Below are positions 1-8,138 of a DNA stretch of 64,000 nt, piece after piece (positions within the stretch are counted from its first letter, which is position 1; each line of letters starts with the position of its first letter). The notes beneath the pieces were generated by a model. That model was not told where the DNA came from. It saw only the letters and a list, made by a program, of their open reading frames with translations, and made no database searches. Both the position numbers and the translations under genes were made by a program. The DNA is from a virus. The stretch is from positions 1-64,000 of the IMG/VR virus record IMGVR_UViG_3300043449_002292; one strand, 5' to 3'.

Positions 1-112
1 ACGCATCCACCGTCTCATCTTTCGGAATCCGCTCGGTGACGATCCGGCTGACGTGTTCCTTGAGCTGGAACTCGATCGCGTCCTGGAGCCAGAGGTTGAT
101 CTCGATGCTCAT
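1..112 (-). CDS. hypothetical protein, truncated by window edge
   Basis: ATG at 112 (MSIEINLWLQDAIEF...) overlaps the upstream stop (ATGA); frame open to position 1. Confidence 0.55.
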   Translation of the reverse strand, partial: MSIEINLWLQDAIEFQLKEHVSRIVTERIPKDETVDA

Positions 113-429
113 GTTCCGGGCTCCCGCTCTTCCTTCATCTTGAGAATCCGCCAGGCGTGCTCGAAACAGTCTCTGGCGAGCCACATCGGGATGAACCCAT
201 CCTCCAGCTCCTTGATGATCTTCGTCTGACTCTTCTCGGATTGGACCGGGAACCAGCCCTCGGGGTAATCCCCAAACTCCTCTGGGATAAGGATCCGGCA
301 CATGAGGGGAGAAGGTCCTGCTTGCATCCCGGTCACGTTTGTCTGCCAGCCGAGCTGGACTCGACCGGAATCAGATTTGTGCGGGTAGAGGGTGATCTCC
401 TTGATGATCCTCACTTCGATGTCGGCCAT
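109..429 (-). CDS. hypothetical phage protein
   Basis: start MADIEV preceded by AAGGAG SD. Confidence 0.7.
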   Translation of the reverse strand: MADIEVRIIKEITLYPHKSDSGRVQLGWQTNVTGMQAGPSPLMCRILIPEEFGDYPEGWFPVQSEKSQTKIIKELEDGFIPMWLARDCFEHAWRILKMKEEREPGT

Positions 430-719
430 GGATTCTCCTTGCGGTGCTCGCCACGTTCGATAGAACCGACGAGCAGGTAGCCGTCGAGGTACGTTTGCGG
501 AGGGAGGCCCAGCCACCGGATGAGAGCGGCGCGATCCTCTCGAACAGCGTTCGCAGCATCCACGCCGCAGTCCAACCGCGCCTGTGCCGCTGCCCACGCT
601 TCACGGAAGTGGTCACGCTCGGCGCGCAGCTTCTCCACCTCAGCGACCAGGGCATTGATGTTGTCTTCACGCGGGGGAGCAAAGCGCGGATCATTGAGCG
701 GATATTCATTATCGATCAT
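411..719 (-). CDS. hypothetical protein with short coiled coil
   Basis: GAGGAG SD, tight operon packing. Confidence 0.65.
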   Translation of the reverse strand: MIDNEYPLNDPRFAPPREDNINALVAEVEKLRAERDHFREAWAAAQARLDCGVDAANAVREDRAALIRWLGLPPQTYLDGYLLVGSIERGEHRKENPWPTSK

Positions 720-721
720 GT

Positions 722-955
722 TTACTCCTCGACCATAAGTTCAGACTTGACGATGAGGACATAGCAATCCGTCATGAAGCCCACAAGCTCTCCCGTCTCG
801 AGGTTGACCGAGTTGTAGTGTTCATCCGTGTCCCGCTCAAAGATGTCGGCGGTCTTGAGGAGGACCGGGCAGCCGGGCCTTTCTACGAATGTCTGACCGA
901 TTCCAACGTAATCCCATGGAGTGAGAGACTTGACTGTGCTTCGTGTGATCTTCAT
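722..955 (-). CDS. hypothetical protein
   Basis: GAGGAG SD, operon packing. Confidence 0.7.
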   Translation of the reverse strand: MKITRSTVKSLTPWDYVGIGQTFVERPGCPVLLKTADIFERDTDEHYNSVNLETGELVGFMTDCYVLIVKSELMVEE

Positions 956-964
956 GTTTACTCC

Positions 965-1393
965 TCAGCTAAACTCACCTGAAATATAATCATATGTGCC
1001 CTCGCCGTGACCCACACAGCCCCCGTCCTCAAAGAACTCGATCCTGTGACGGACGAGCCCGTTGGGCCCCGGTTCAGCGTGGTTGTTCTCCATGAAGTTC
1101 GGGTCTCGAGGCGGCGCGCCAGTCCGCGAGCGATTCGTGATGACCCCCATCATCTTGTCGAATGGGATGATCTCTTGGTACTCGTTGATGATGATCCGGT
1201 CAGGTTCGATGAACATCCTGATCCAATCCTCGATGTTGTTGATCCCGAGCTCCGGGACGACGTGGAGGCTGAAGCACCAGCCCATCGAGCTCTTCCCGAT
1301 GTGGATGCAGTCCTCGGTCCCGCGGAGGTCCCAGAATGACTCGGCACTTTCGTAGTCGAAGCCTCGGCGGACGCTGTAGTAGTTCGTTCCCAT
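965..1393 (-). CDS. conserved hypothetical phage protein
   Basis: MGTNYY...HIGKSSxGWxF motif typical of a widespread phage family. Confidence 0.8.
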   Translation of the reverse strand: MGTNYYSVRRGFDYESAESFWDLRGTEDCIHIGKSSMGWCFSLHVVPELGINNIEDWIRMFIEPDRIIINEYQEIIPFDKMMGVITNRSRTGAPPRDPNFMENNHAEPGPNGLVRHRIEFFEDGGCVGHGEGTYDYISGEFS

Positions 1394-1396
1394 CGA

Positions 1397-1645
1397 TCAG
1401 CCTCCGCAGCGGCTCTCATGAAGGTTCACCTCACCCTCGATCAGGCCGAGGGTCGAGTATTCTCTGAAGTGCTTCACACCCGGTGACCAGCCCTCAGGAG
1501 CAGGCTGCGTCGCGTACCAGACACTGTCGCCCTTCCAGGTGACGTCGAAGACCTGCCGATCACAGGGGATCTGGATGTCCATGGTGCCGCCGAAGGATCG
1601 GGCGAGCTGGTTGTCGCAGGCAAGAAGCATGATGATCGTGAGCAT
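1397..1645 (-). CDS. small phage lipoprotein
   Basis: LLAC lipobox, then RxFGG...TWK..WY pattern common in phage lipoproteins. Confidence 0.7.
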   Translation of the reverse strand: MLTIIMLLACDNQLARSFGGTMDIQIPCDRQVFDVTWKGDSVWYATQPAPEGWSPGVKHFREYSTLGLIEGEVNLHESRCGG

Positions 1646-1656
1646 TTTATCTCCTT

Positions 1657-1896
1657 TCAAACCCAGTAATCGACGTTGTCAGGGGCGACGATCTCCGAGG
1701 CGTCGAGCTCCATGTGGTCGAAATCATAGTTCCGGCTGATGCACTGGCGGGCAAGCTCTTCAGCACGATCATTGATCGCATCGCCGGAGTATGACCCATC
1801 CTCATCGGGTGTGAGCTCATCCAGCCCGACAGCGACCTCGACCTCGACGGACTTCTCGCAGATCATCGTCACCTTGACCTTGAAGAACCTATCCAT
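1657..1896 (-). CDS. acidic hypothetical protein
   Basis: AAGGAGGTG SD, immediately downstream of a promoter. Confidence 0.7.
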   Translation of the reverse strand: MDRFFKVKVTMICEKSVEVEVAVGLDELTPDEDGSYSGDAINDRAEELARQCISRNYDFDHMELDASEIVAPDNVDYWV

Positions 1897-1899
1897 CGA

Positions 1900-2142
1900 T
1901 CACCTCCTTTGTGATCCAATCATACCATGCTCGCCACCCGTTTGCACGGGTTCATCGAGCTTCCTGAAGTGTGACTCTGAAAGAGTTTTTACACTGCCGT
2001 CGACGAACACGCGCCACTGGATGTCGAAGGGGATCGTGGAATCACGTTCGATGATGAGCCCGGGCATGCCGTGGATGTGCGCGAGCGAGCCGATCCGGAT
2101 CGACCGGGGAAGGTCAATCACGACGAGATCACCTGGTTTCAT
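1900..2142 (-). CDS. MKPGD-family small KOW/SH3-like protein
   Basis: MKPGDLV start; beta-rich pattern. Confidence 0.8.
   Translation of the reverse strand: MKPGDLVVIDLPRSIRIGSLAHIHGMPGLIIERDSTIPFDIQWRVFVDGSVKTLSESHFRKLDEPVQTGGEHGMIGSQRR
1919..1947 (-). promoter_or_regulatory. class I promoter GTGCAA-N17-TATGAT
   Basis: 17-nt spacer; motif repeated across the window. Confidence 0.75.
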
Positions 2143-2416
2143 CGATCACTTCGAGCTCACTGTTCTCCATGTCGTATTGCTCCCCATCGAAGAGCACGAC
2201 GCTTCCGCTGACGAGCATGCCTGGTGGCATCGGATGCACGTTCTTCCGCCACCCATCGATCACTAGCCCGATCGAGTTGATCATCGGGTCACCCGGGGAT
2301 TTCCAGTAGATCCCGTCGAGTCCGATGCCCGGCTTGAACCGCACGAGAGTTCCCAGTGGCAGGTGACCCTTGATGAAGACGTGAAGCTGCATGTAGGCCC
2401 ATCTCAGGATCCGCAT
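2129..2416 (-). CDS. SH3-like small protein (array member)
   Basis: internal PLGTLVR; ends LEVIDETR overlapping the next MKPGD. Confidence 0.7.
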   Translation of the reverse strand: MRILRWAYMQLHVFIKGHLPLGTLVRFKPGIGLDGIYWKSPGDPMINSIGLVIDGWRKNVHPMPPGMLVSGSVVLFDGEQYDMENSELEVIDETR

Positions 2417-2607
2417 CCGATCACCTTCCAATCGTAGTAGTTCTGATGCATGATCTCACCGTTGACGAGCAGCTTGCAGCCCCTGAGAAACTGGTCAAGC
2501 ATCTGGTTTCCCGACCGTGGCTCCTCGACCGAGATCACCAGCGCGACCGCGTCACCGATGACGAAGTTCTCGGGAAATTTTAGGGTCACGAGATCACCCG
2601 GTTTCAT
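2404..2607 (-). CDS. MKPGD-family small KOW/SH3-like protein
   Basis: MKPGDLV at 2607. Confidence 0.75.
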   Translation of the reverse strand: MKPGDLVTLKFPENFVIGDAVALVISVEEPRSGNQMLDQFLRGCKLLVNGEIMHQNYYDWKVIGCGS

Positions 2608-2791
2608 TGAGCGGCTCCGAGTGCTTGTGTACCCAATCAAGACTCCATGATCTCACATGCTTTCCACCGACTAGGAAGTCAACACTTTCATCTCTTTCCC
2701 TGACATCGGTGACCATGAAGATTGCACCTCCGTTGAACATGGGCGGCATGTCATCAGGGTATCTCCAGCGACGAAGGTCACCGGGTTTCAC
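2594..2791 (-). CDS. MKPGD-family small protein
   Basis: GTG-KPGDLRRW. Confidence 0.75.
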   Translation of the reverse strand: MKPGDLRRWRYPDDMPPMFNGGAIFMVTDVRERDESVDFLVGGKHVRSWSLDWVHKHSEPLNETG

Positions 2792-3018
2792 CCAATCACC
2801 TCGCTGTATGTGTGAATCTCCATCTGGGACACGTGCTCAACGAGGTTTCCGTCTTCGAGAATCGTCCACAAGATCTCACCGCGGTCTCTTCCGCTCCAGC
2901 CGAGATCGTTGCGTCTGTGATTTCGCTCAACCCGCATGCTGATGGTGATGAATGTCAACCCATCAAATTCTGCGGCTTTCCAGTTCCACCGACGCAGCTG
3001 TCCCTTCTTCACTCGCAT
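2788..3018 (-). CDS. MKPGD-related small protein
   Basis: VKKGQLRRW variant; ends EVIG. Confidence 0.7.
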   Translation of the reverse strand: MRVKKGQLRRWNWKAAEFDGLTFITISMRVERNHRRNDLGWSGRDRGEILWTILEDGNLVEHVSQMEIHTYSEVIG

Positions 3019-3200
3019 TCGATCACCTCCAGAAAGCTGCTGTCACACTCCTCCACGAGCTCCCCGTCGTGGATGTAATCGACAGCTGTCCATGAGCCCG
3101 CAACGGTGGGCAAGGGTCGCGGATCGACCTTGACGATGAGGACGATCTTTCCGCTTCGGATACCGACATCCTTGAGACGTGCGAGATCACCGGGCTTCAT
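3009..3200 (-). CDS. MKPGD-family small KOW/SH3-like protein
   Basis: MKPGDLARL...GKIVLIV...LEVI. Confidence 0.75.
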   Translation of the reverse strand: MKPGDLARLKDVGIRSGKIVLIVKVDPRPLPTVAGSWTAVDYIHDGELVEECDSSFLEVIECE

Positions 3201-3387
3201 CGAGCAGCTCCAGGTCTTCTTTTGCCCATGCCGTTTCACGATTGTCCCATAGGACCCACCAGTCGCATACTGAGTAGATGTCGATGCCATCGGCGTTGGT
3301 GACGGGCCTGAGGATCATGCAGACGTTAGAGTCACTCCACTCACGCCAGGCAGGATGCACGATCCTGCAGAGATCACCGGGTTTCAT
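3187..3387 (-). CDS. MKPGD-family small protein
   Basis: MKPGDLCRI...DLELLDEAR. Confidence 0.8.
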   Translation of the reverse strand: MKPGDLCRIVHPAWREWSDSNVCMILRPVTNADGIDIYSVCDWWVLWDNRETAWAKEDLELLDEAR

Positions 3388-3583
3388 CGATCTTCCACAG
3401 GTCCAGCTTGTGGACGGTCATTACCTTGCCATCGACCAGGACTTCCCAGATGTTGGGTGAGGATAGAACTCCGTCGGCTTCGCCCAAGTTTCGGATCAGA
3501 AGGCAGACCTTGCCTTCTTCTGCGCGAACCCAGGGTGTCTGATCCTTCGCCTTGATGATTCGCATGAGATCACCCGGCTTCAC
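3374..3583 (-). CDS. MKPGD-family small protein
   Basis: KPGDLMRI...WEVLVDG...IDETR. Confidence 0.8.
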   Translation of the reverse strand: MKPGDLMRIIKAKDQTPWVRAEEGKVCLLIRNLGEADGVLSSPNIWEVLVDGKVMTVHKLDLWKIDETR

Positions 3584-3752
3584 TGATCACCTCGTAACTG
3601 TAGACAAGCTTATTCTCAAGGTCGGCATCCCAGATCTTGCCATCAATTAGAAATCGCCAGCGGGCCCGGGCATTCAGGGGACTAAGACCGATGTAGACCC
3701 CGAGGTAGACGGCATCGAATCGTTTGATCCGAACGAGATCACCGGGTTTCAT
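3570..3752 (-). CDS. MKPGD-family small protein
   Basis: MKPGDLVRI at 3752. Confidence 0.75.
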   Translation of the reverse strand: MKPGDLVRIKRFDAVYLGVYIGLSPLNARARWRFLIDGKIWDADLENKLVYSYEVISEAG

Positions 3753-3942
3753 CGATCCTCCGAAGGTAATTCTCACCGATGTCACGGGTTGTGCCGTTGA
3801 CAAGGACTAGCCAGGTCTTGTGGACTGCGGTGAGCTGAGATTCCTCAACGATAACTGCAAAACGATTATTCCAGGTGTCGTAGGGAGAAAGATCCCAGAC
3901 ACTCTCTGGAAGCTCGATCCGAACGAGATCACCGGGCTTCAC
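3739..3942 (-). CDS. MKPGD-family small protein
   Basis: KPGDLVRI...WLVLVNG...IDETR. Confidence 0.8.
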   Translation of the reverse strand: MKPGDLVRIELPESVWDLSPYDTWNNRFAVIVEESQLTAVHKTWLVLVNGTTRDIGENYLRRIDETR

Positions 3943-4537
3943 CGATCACCTCCGTGAACGCCTCGAGGTAACCGCAGGTCGTTCCGAAGACGCCTCTAGG
4001 GCCGAGGCATTTACAATTCTTGAGGCCCTCGATCATGACGATCACGAAGGGCTCATCTCGATCGTCCTTCCAACGACGGAGCTCACCCACGCGGACGGAT
4101 GTGAACTCCCAGTCCCCTGGGTTGAGGGTGTGGATCACGTCGCCGATGTCAGCCCGGGGCCAAGGGTAGCCCCTGACGTAGCTCAGGCCCGTCACAACGC
4201 CTACAGTTCCGCGAGGGAAACGCAGCCTGTTCTTGTCGCAACGACGGTCCCTCCATGCGATCGCCGTGGCACCCTTGGGAATCGCGGTGAATCCTGGCTT
4301 GATCATGATACCATCATATCCTATGGCAGGTCGTGTTGCACGGGTGAGCCCCACTCGTTCTGGTCCTCGCTGGAGGGTGGAGTTGATACGGACCCATTCG
4401 ACAGTGAAGGTCATGAGCGCACCCTCGCTGAGGATCTGGCAGACGAGCCCGTTGAGATGCTTGAGAACGATGAGAGGTCTCCCGCCCAGCCCAGGGGCGA
4501 CGTCGTCCGCCCACCATCGAAGCTCACCCGGTTGCAT
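3929..4537 (-). CDS. in-frame fusion of three MKPGD-like modules
   Basis: MQPGELRW / MIKPG / VRVGELRRW modules in one frame, with an internal promoter. Confidence 0.6.
   Translation of the reverse strand: MQPGELRWWADDVAPGLGGRPLIVLKHLNGLVCQILSEGALMTFTVEWVRINSTLQRGPERVGLTRATRPAIGYDGIMIKPGFTAIPKGATAIAWRDRRCDKNRLRFPRGTVGVVTGLSYVRGYPWPRADIGDVIHTLNPGDWEFTSVRVGELRRWKDDRDEPFVIVMIEGLKNCKCLGPRGVFGTTCGYLEAFTEVIGEAR
4313..4341 (-). promoter_or_regulatory. class I promoter GTGCAA-N17-TATGAT (internal; leaderless ATG at 4306)
   Basis: motif and 17-nt spacing. Confidence 0.7.
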
Positions 4538-4796
4538 TCAACGTCGTTACCTCATCCTCGACCACCCAGCAGACTCGATCGTTGAGGAGAACCTCCAGCA
4601 TCGTGTATGATGTCGGGTCGCGGTCCGGATCGCCCGAGACGTATCTTCCCGGAAGCAGGAGACCGATCTGGTCGTGCTCCCACTTGCCCTGCCAGTCGTC
4701 GGTGCCGTCAGGTCGGTTCCAGACATCTAGATAGGTGATAGGAACCTTGCATGCGACGTTCCACCTTCGGGGCTTCAGGAGATCGCCAGGCTTCAT
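4524..4796 (-). CDS. MKPGD-family small protein
   Basis: MKPGDLL at 4796. Confidence 0.75.
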   Translation of the reverse strand: MKPGDLLKPRRWNVACKVPITYLDVWNRPDGTDDWQGKWEHDQIGLLLPGRYVSGDPDRDPTSYTMLEVLLNDRVCWVVEDEVTTLNATG

Positions 4797-5035
4797 CGTT
4801 GCGCGTCCGCGAGTGTGGCGTGGCTCGCCCCCGCCCACCAGAGCTCTCCGCCGATGAGGAGCTGGAGCTTCATGACGTCGAACCCTCCGACCTTCCGGAC
4901 CCCCACTGCGACGACGACCGCGACCTCACCGGGATCCCAGGCACGCTCACGACCCCGGCTCGAGAAGGTGGGATGCATGCTGTCACGGACGATGACACCC
5001 GCGTAGGCAGGCAGCACGAGATCACCCTTCTGCAT
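4793..5035 (-). CDS. MKPGD-family small protein
   Basis: MQKGDLV. Confidence 0.75.
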   Translation of the reverse strand: MQKGDLVLPAYAGVIVRDSMHPTFSSRGRERAWDPGEVAVVVAVGVRKVGGFDVMKLQLLIGGELWWAGASHATLADAQR

Positions 5036-5189
5036 TGCTCAGTTCCCACGGAAAGTAGTAGAGGCACTCACCGTCGGATGTGAGAACGCGGTATGCGGTC
5101 TCGCCCTCGGTCACGTCCACCTCGACGATCAACCCGAGCCCAAAATCGCAGTTATCGGCGACAACATGGACGAGATCACTGATTCCCAT
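5022..5189 (-). CDS. 55-aa SH3-like array member (below ORF-track cutoff)
   Basis: MGISDLVHVVADNCDFGLGLIVEV...YRVL...WELSNAEG; 14-nt overlaps at both ends. Confidence 0.7.
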   Translation of the reverse strand: MGISDLVHVVADNCDFGLGLIVEVDVTEGETAYRVLTSDGECLYYFPWELSNAEG

Positions 5190-5457
5190 CTAGCACCTCA
5201 AGGTCCTCGATGCGGACTGCCCTCATGATTCCATCGACGAGACCATGTGCCTCCTCCACCTCTACATGAATCTCATCCTGTCCAAGCATCGAGCCCGTGT
5301 CCCACTCCTTCGAAACCCCCAGAACGAGGAATGGCTTCCCCTCGAGGATCCAATCGTATCCCAAGCGCTTCACGCGGACGAGGTCACCCACGTGGACCGG
5401 CTGCGAGCAGCCGAACCTGGGCTCGTTCAGGTAGAACAGGACGGGTTTCTCATCCAT
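5176..5457 (-). CDS. SH3/KOW-like protein (VGDLVRV)
   Basis: VGDLVRVK...EDLEVL; ATG 7 nt from the -10 box. Confidence 0.7.
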   Translation of the reverse strand: MDEKPVLFYLNEPRFGCSQPVHVGDLVRVKRLGYDWILEGKPFLVLGVSKEWDTGSMLGQDEIHVEVEEAHGLVDGIMRAVRIEDLEVLDGNQ

Positions 5458-5463
5458 ATGATC

Positions 5464-5492
5464 ATCATACCACATCGGCAGGTGGATTGCAC
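5464..5492 (-). promoter_or_regulatory. class I promoter GTGCAA-N17-TATGAT
   Basis: motif and spacing. Confidence 0.75.
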
Positions 5493-5671
5493 GGGACCAG
5501 CAGGTCGGGTGTGACCTCTATGATCTTCCCATGCCACAGGATCCGCCAGATCGTAAGGGGCTTCCCGCGTTTGCTGTGGGTGGCGACGATGAGGGCCGGC
5601 TCATCATGGAACTTCCTCATATAGGCCCCGAGTCCCACGACCCTGATGAGAACGAGATCACCGGGCTTCAT
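5465..5671 (-). CDS. MKPGD-family small protein
   Basis: MKPGDLVLI. Confidence 0.75.
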   Translation of the reverse strand: MKPGDLVLIRVVGLGAYMRKFHDEPALIVATHSKRGKPLTIWRILWHGKIIEVTPDLLVPCNPPADVV

Positions 5672-5858
5672 CTACCAACTCAAGATGATCGATCAGGAAG
5701 AATTCATTACCGTCCCAGAGCATAACATTGGCGACCTCATCGCAGTCATCGAAGCTCCACGCCGTGCTGATCACGAATCCCAACTCGCTCTCATCGTAGA
5801 GACGACGACCGCAAAGAAAACGAGACGGTTTAAGTTTAACAAGATCACCTGATTTCAT
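5658..5858 (-). CDS. MKPGD-family small protein
   Basis: MKSGDLVKL...LELVDEAR. Confidence 0.75.
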   Translation of the reverse strand: MKSGDLVKLKPSRFLCGRRLYDESELGFVISTAWSFDDCDEVANVMLWDGNEFFLIDHLELVDEAR

Positions 5859-6109
5859 TCTTTAGGTCCTGGCGGTTTCAACCCTCTATAGAAACGAGAA
5901 TAATGGCAAGTTGAATTTACTTCGCCCATCATGAGAACGGTCGGGTATCGGTGATGAGGGGCAGCGGGTGGAGTGATCCAAATAGCCGGAACGTAATCAT
6001 CATTACCTAGATGGAACCATACGAGCTCACCCGATTCTGGAACATTTATCGCCCTGGTGACCTGTCCATCATCGCGTTTAAACTCACCGATCCTGAACAG
6101 GTAATTCAT
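5855..6109 (-). CDS. hypothetical protein (PESGELVW, PWWP/SH3-like)
   Basis: ORF ending in an ATGA overlap; start uncertain. Confidence 0.5.
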   Translation of the reverse strand: MNYLFRIGEFKRDDGQVTRAINVPESGELVWFHLGNDDYVPAIWITPPAAPHHRYPTVLMMGEVNSTCHYSRFYRGLKPPGPKE

Positions 6110-6140
6110 GGATCGCCCTGGGTCCTGTGGGATAATCTTA

Positions 6141-6800
6141 TTATTCATCCTGCCAGCCCACGCAATCCCAGCAAGCTCCGACATCACGACCGTGCTGCGT
6201 TCTAGCGTCAAGCTCCACGTTATCAAACCTAAAAGATTCAAAAATTCGATCAGTCACCGATCCAACGACCCTGTTCTGATCATCGCATGAGTTGAATGTC
6301 ATATTTTTCAACTCATCAAGCTCGCTGTTAATCTCTTTCACGATCAACGCGCCGTATCTCCTCGCAAGCTCAACGTGCTGTAGTTCATGAAGCTTGATTA
6401 ACGCGATAAGATTCGTGAATGATTCGGAGTCGGGAGTTTGGGACCCTGAGTAGTGTGGAAGGATTATCTCAGTATTGATAGTCAAACGCTGTAAGTCGCA
6501 GCTATCGCTGTTCAGTTCAGGGACGAAGTAAGATGACGTCACTGCGCTCATGGTTTTTCCAGAGTTCGGATCTTTCGGACCAAGTTCGATCACACTGTTC
6601 CGGAGCTCAGCCCCTGTTTGACCCGTAACAACGTAGAGGCGTTCCGTAATATCGTGCTTGATAAATTGCGCAGCGACAGGGTCGACAGGATCGATCAATC
6701 CATCGAGCGGATCAAGGGTTTCAGAAGGACTCCCAATGTTACTAAGATCTGGGTTGTAACAAGCAGACGCAACCAGCAAAATGATACTCGACGATAACAT
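6141..6800 (-). CDS. secreted/lipoprotein Zn-metalloprotease-like (DUF922-like)
   Basis: signal peptide with ASAC lipobox; Y.V.G.T..EL motif; HELQH; FD..T.HG-like end. Confidence 0.65.
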   Translation of the reverse strand: MLSSSIILLVASACYNPDLSNIGSPSETLDPLDGLIDPVDPVAAQFIKHDITERLYVVTGQTGAELRNSVIELGPKDPNSGKTMSAVTSSYFVPELNSDSCDLQRLTINTEIILPHYSGSQTPDSESFTNLIALIKLHELQHVELARRYGALIVKEINSELDELKNMTFNSCDDQNRVVGSVTDRIFESFRFDNVELDARTQHGRDVGACWDCVGWQDE

Positions 6801-6822
6801 CTCTTTTCCTCGTTAAGTAGTG

Positions 6823-7119
6823 TTACTCATCATTACGAATCGGTATCACATCGACGTGTGACTCGTAGCACCAGACGATCTCACCGTTGGGTAGCATGAT
6901 CTGGCATCGTCCCAGGCCCTCGGGTCCATCGACGTGATGCTCGATGAGGGTCGCGATCGTGCCTGTTGGAACGTGATTGTATCGACCAGCGTCCGAACGC
7001 CAGACCGGAACCTGGGACATGGCACCCGTGTATGATCTTGGACTGCCCCGGAGATCGATCGGAATGTAGCGTTCCCGCTGATTCAAGCAAACGAGATCAC
7101 CGCTTCGCAGTATTGACAT
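6823..7119 (-). CDS. SH3-like protein (LRSGDLV)
   Basis: family N-terminal motif. Confidence 0.65.
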   Translation of the reverse strand: MSILRSGDLVCLNQRERYIPIDLRGSPRSYTGAMSQVPVWRSDAGRYNHVPTGTIATLIEHHVDGPEGLGRCQIMLPNGEIVWCYESHVDVIPIRNDE

Positions 7120-7165
7120 CGGCAGCTCCGACCCTCGTTAATCGTAACATGAGCAGCCCAAGTGT

Positions 7166-7393
7166 TCAAGCTCGCTCACGATCTTCGACCTTGGTAAAGT
7201 AGATTAACGGTGCCTGGATCGTTCCGGAAGGCCCAAGCACCTGAAGCGATCTACCACTGGTTCCCTCACGCTGGATGACACGTAGGACAAGGCAGACACC
7301 AAGTTGCCTGATGTCCTGCCACTCTTCCTGATGATCGTTCCACTCACGCATACGAACTAGATCGCCGACCTCGATGTGAGTGGATGGCGACAT
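7166..7393 (-). CDS. SH3-like protein (IEVGDLVR)
   Basis: family N-terminal motif. Confidence 0.65.
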   Translation of the reverse strand: MSPSTHIEVGDLVRMREWNDHQEEWQDIRQLGVCLVLRVIQREGTSGRSLQVLGPSGTIQAPLIYFTKVEDRERA

Positions 7394-7398
7394 GGATA

Positions 7399-7830
7399 TT
7401 AATCGACCGCATCCTTCGAGAGATGAAGAGCGAGCCTCGCTGCGAGGACGCGAATTCTCTTCGCCTCCTTCTTCGTGACGCGGACCTTACCGTCGATATC
7501 CTTTCTGAGCGCGGTGGTGCGCTCCTTGTTAAGAGCCTCAGCGTCCGGGACGGGCTCGATGAACTCCTCGGCTTTAAGTGACATTTCCTGATCCTCCTCA
7601 TCTAAGTGTTTCAAACTTCGCGGGTTTACAGGCTTAATCCAACGTGAGGGGACGATGCCGACCTGACCTTCGAATATCACCTGCCATGATGGGATGAGCC
7701 AACCCGTCGGCAGATGCTTCACCAGCAAGACAAGATCACCCGTCTTGATCATCTTGTTGGATTCGTGATTCAGCGTCTCAAAGACTGACGGGATCGATAC
7801 GGTCACCTCTGCGAGATCGCCGGGCTTCAT
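7399..7830 (-). CDS. MKPGD-family protein fused in frame to a second small ORF (MSLKAEE...)
   Basis: MKPGDL start; internal GAGGAGG SD plus ATG. Confidence 0.6.
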   Translation of the reverse strand: MKPGDLAEVTVSIPSVFETLNHESNKMIKTGDLVLLVKHLPTGWLIPSWQVIFEGQVGIVPSRWIKPVNPRSLKHLDEEDQEMSLKAEEFIEPVPDAEALNKERTTALRKDIDGKVRVTKKEAKRIRVLAARLALHLSKDAVD

Positions 7831-7892
7831 TATCTAATCTTAACCTGAATCGTCGAATTGTTCAACGAATTGAATATCTACAGCAGGGGGAC

Positions 7893-8138
7893 ATGAGGAT
7901 GAAAGCGATCGAAAAGCTCGAGAAGGCGCCCCTCCAATCGAAGAAGTTTATCGCCTACCTGATTTCCAACTTAGGGTCGAAGCTCCTGATGTTCTGGATG
8001 GTCTACAGCAAGGAGTCTGACTTCGTTCTCACAGCAGTCGTCACCGCTGCGGCGTTCATAGACATCGGATACATCCTGGGTCAGGCAGCGCTCGACAAAT
8101 ATGTCAGGGTCACATCGATGAAGGGTGAGGGGAGCTAA
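7893..8138 (+). CDS. small two-TM membrane protein, holin-like
   Basis: SKKF...YILGQAALD pattern, two hydrophobic segments. Confidence 0.6.
   Translation: MRMKAIEKLEKAPLQSKKFIAYLISNLGSKLLMFWMVYSKESDFVLTAVVTAAAFIDIGYILGQAALDKYVRVTSMKGEGS

Noticed and set aside
2126-5860. Regularly spaced GAGATCACC... repeats read as a CRISPR array or integron attC sites
   Set aside because: The repeats are degenerate, spaced about 170-600 nt apart and lie within coding overlaps. There are no cas or integrase genes and no attC hairpins.
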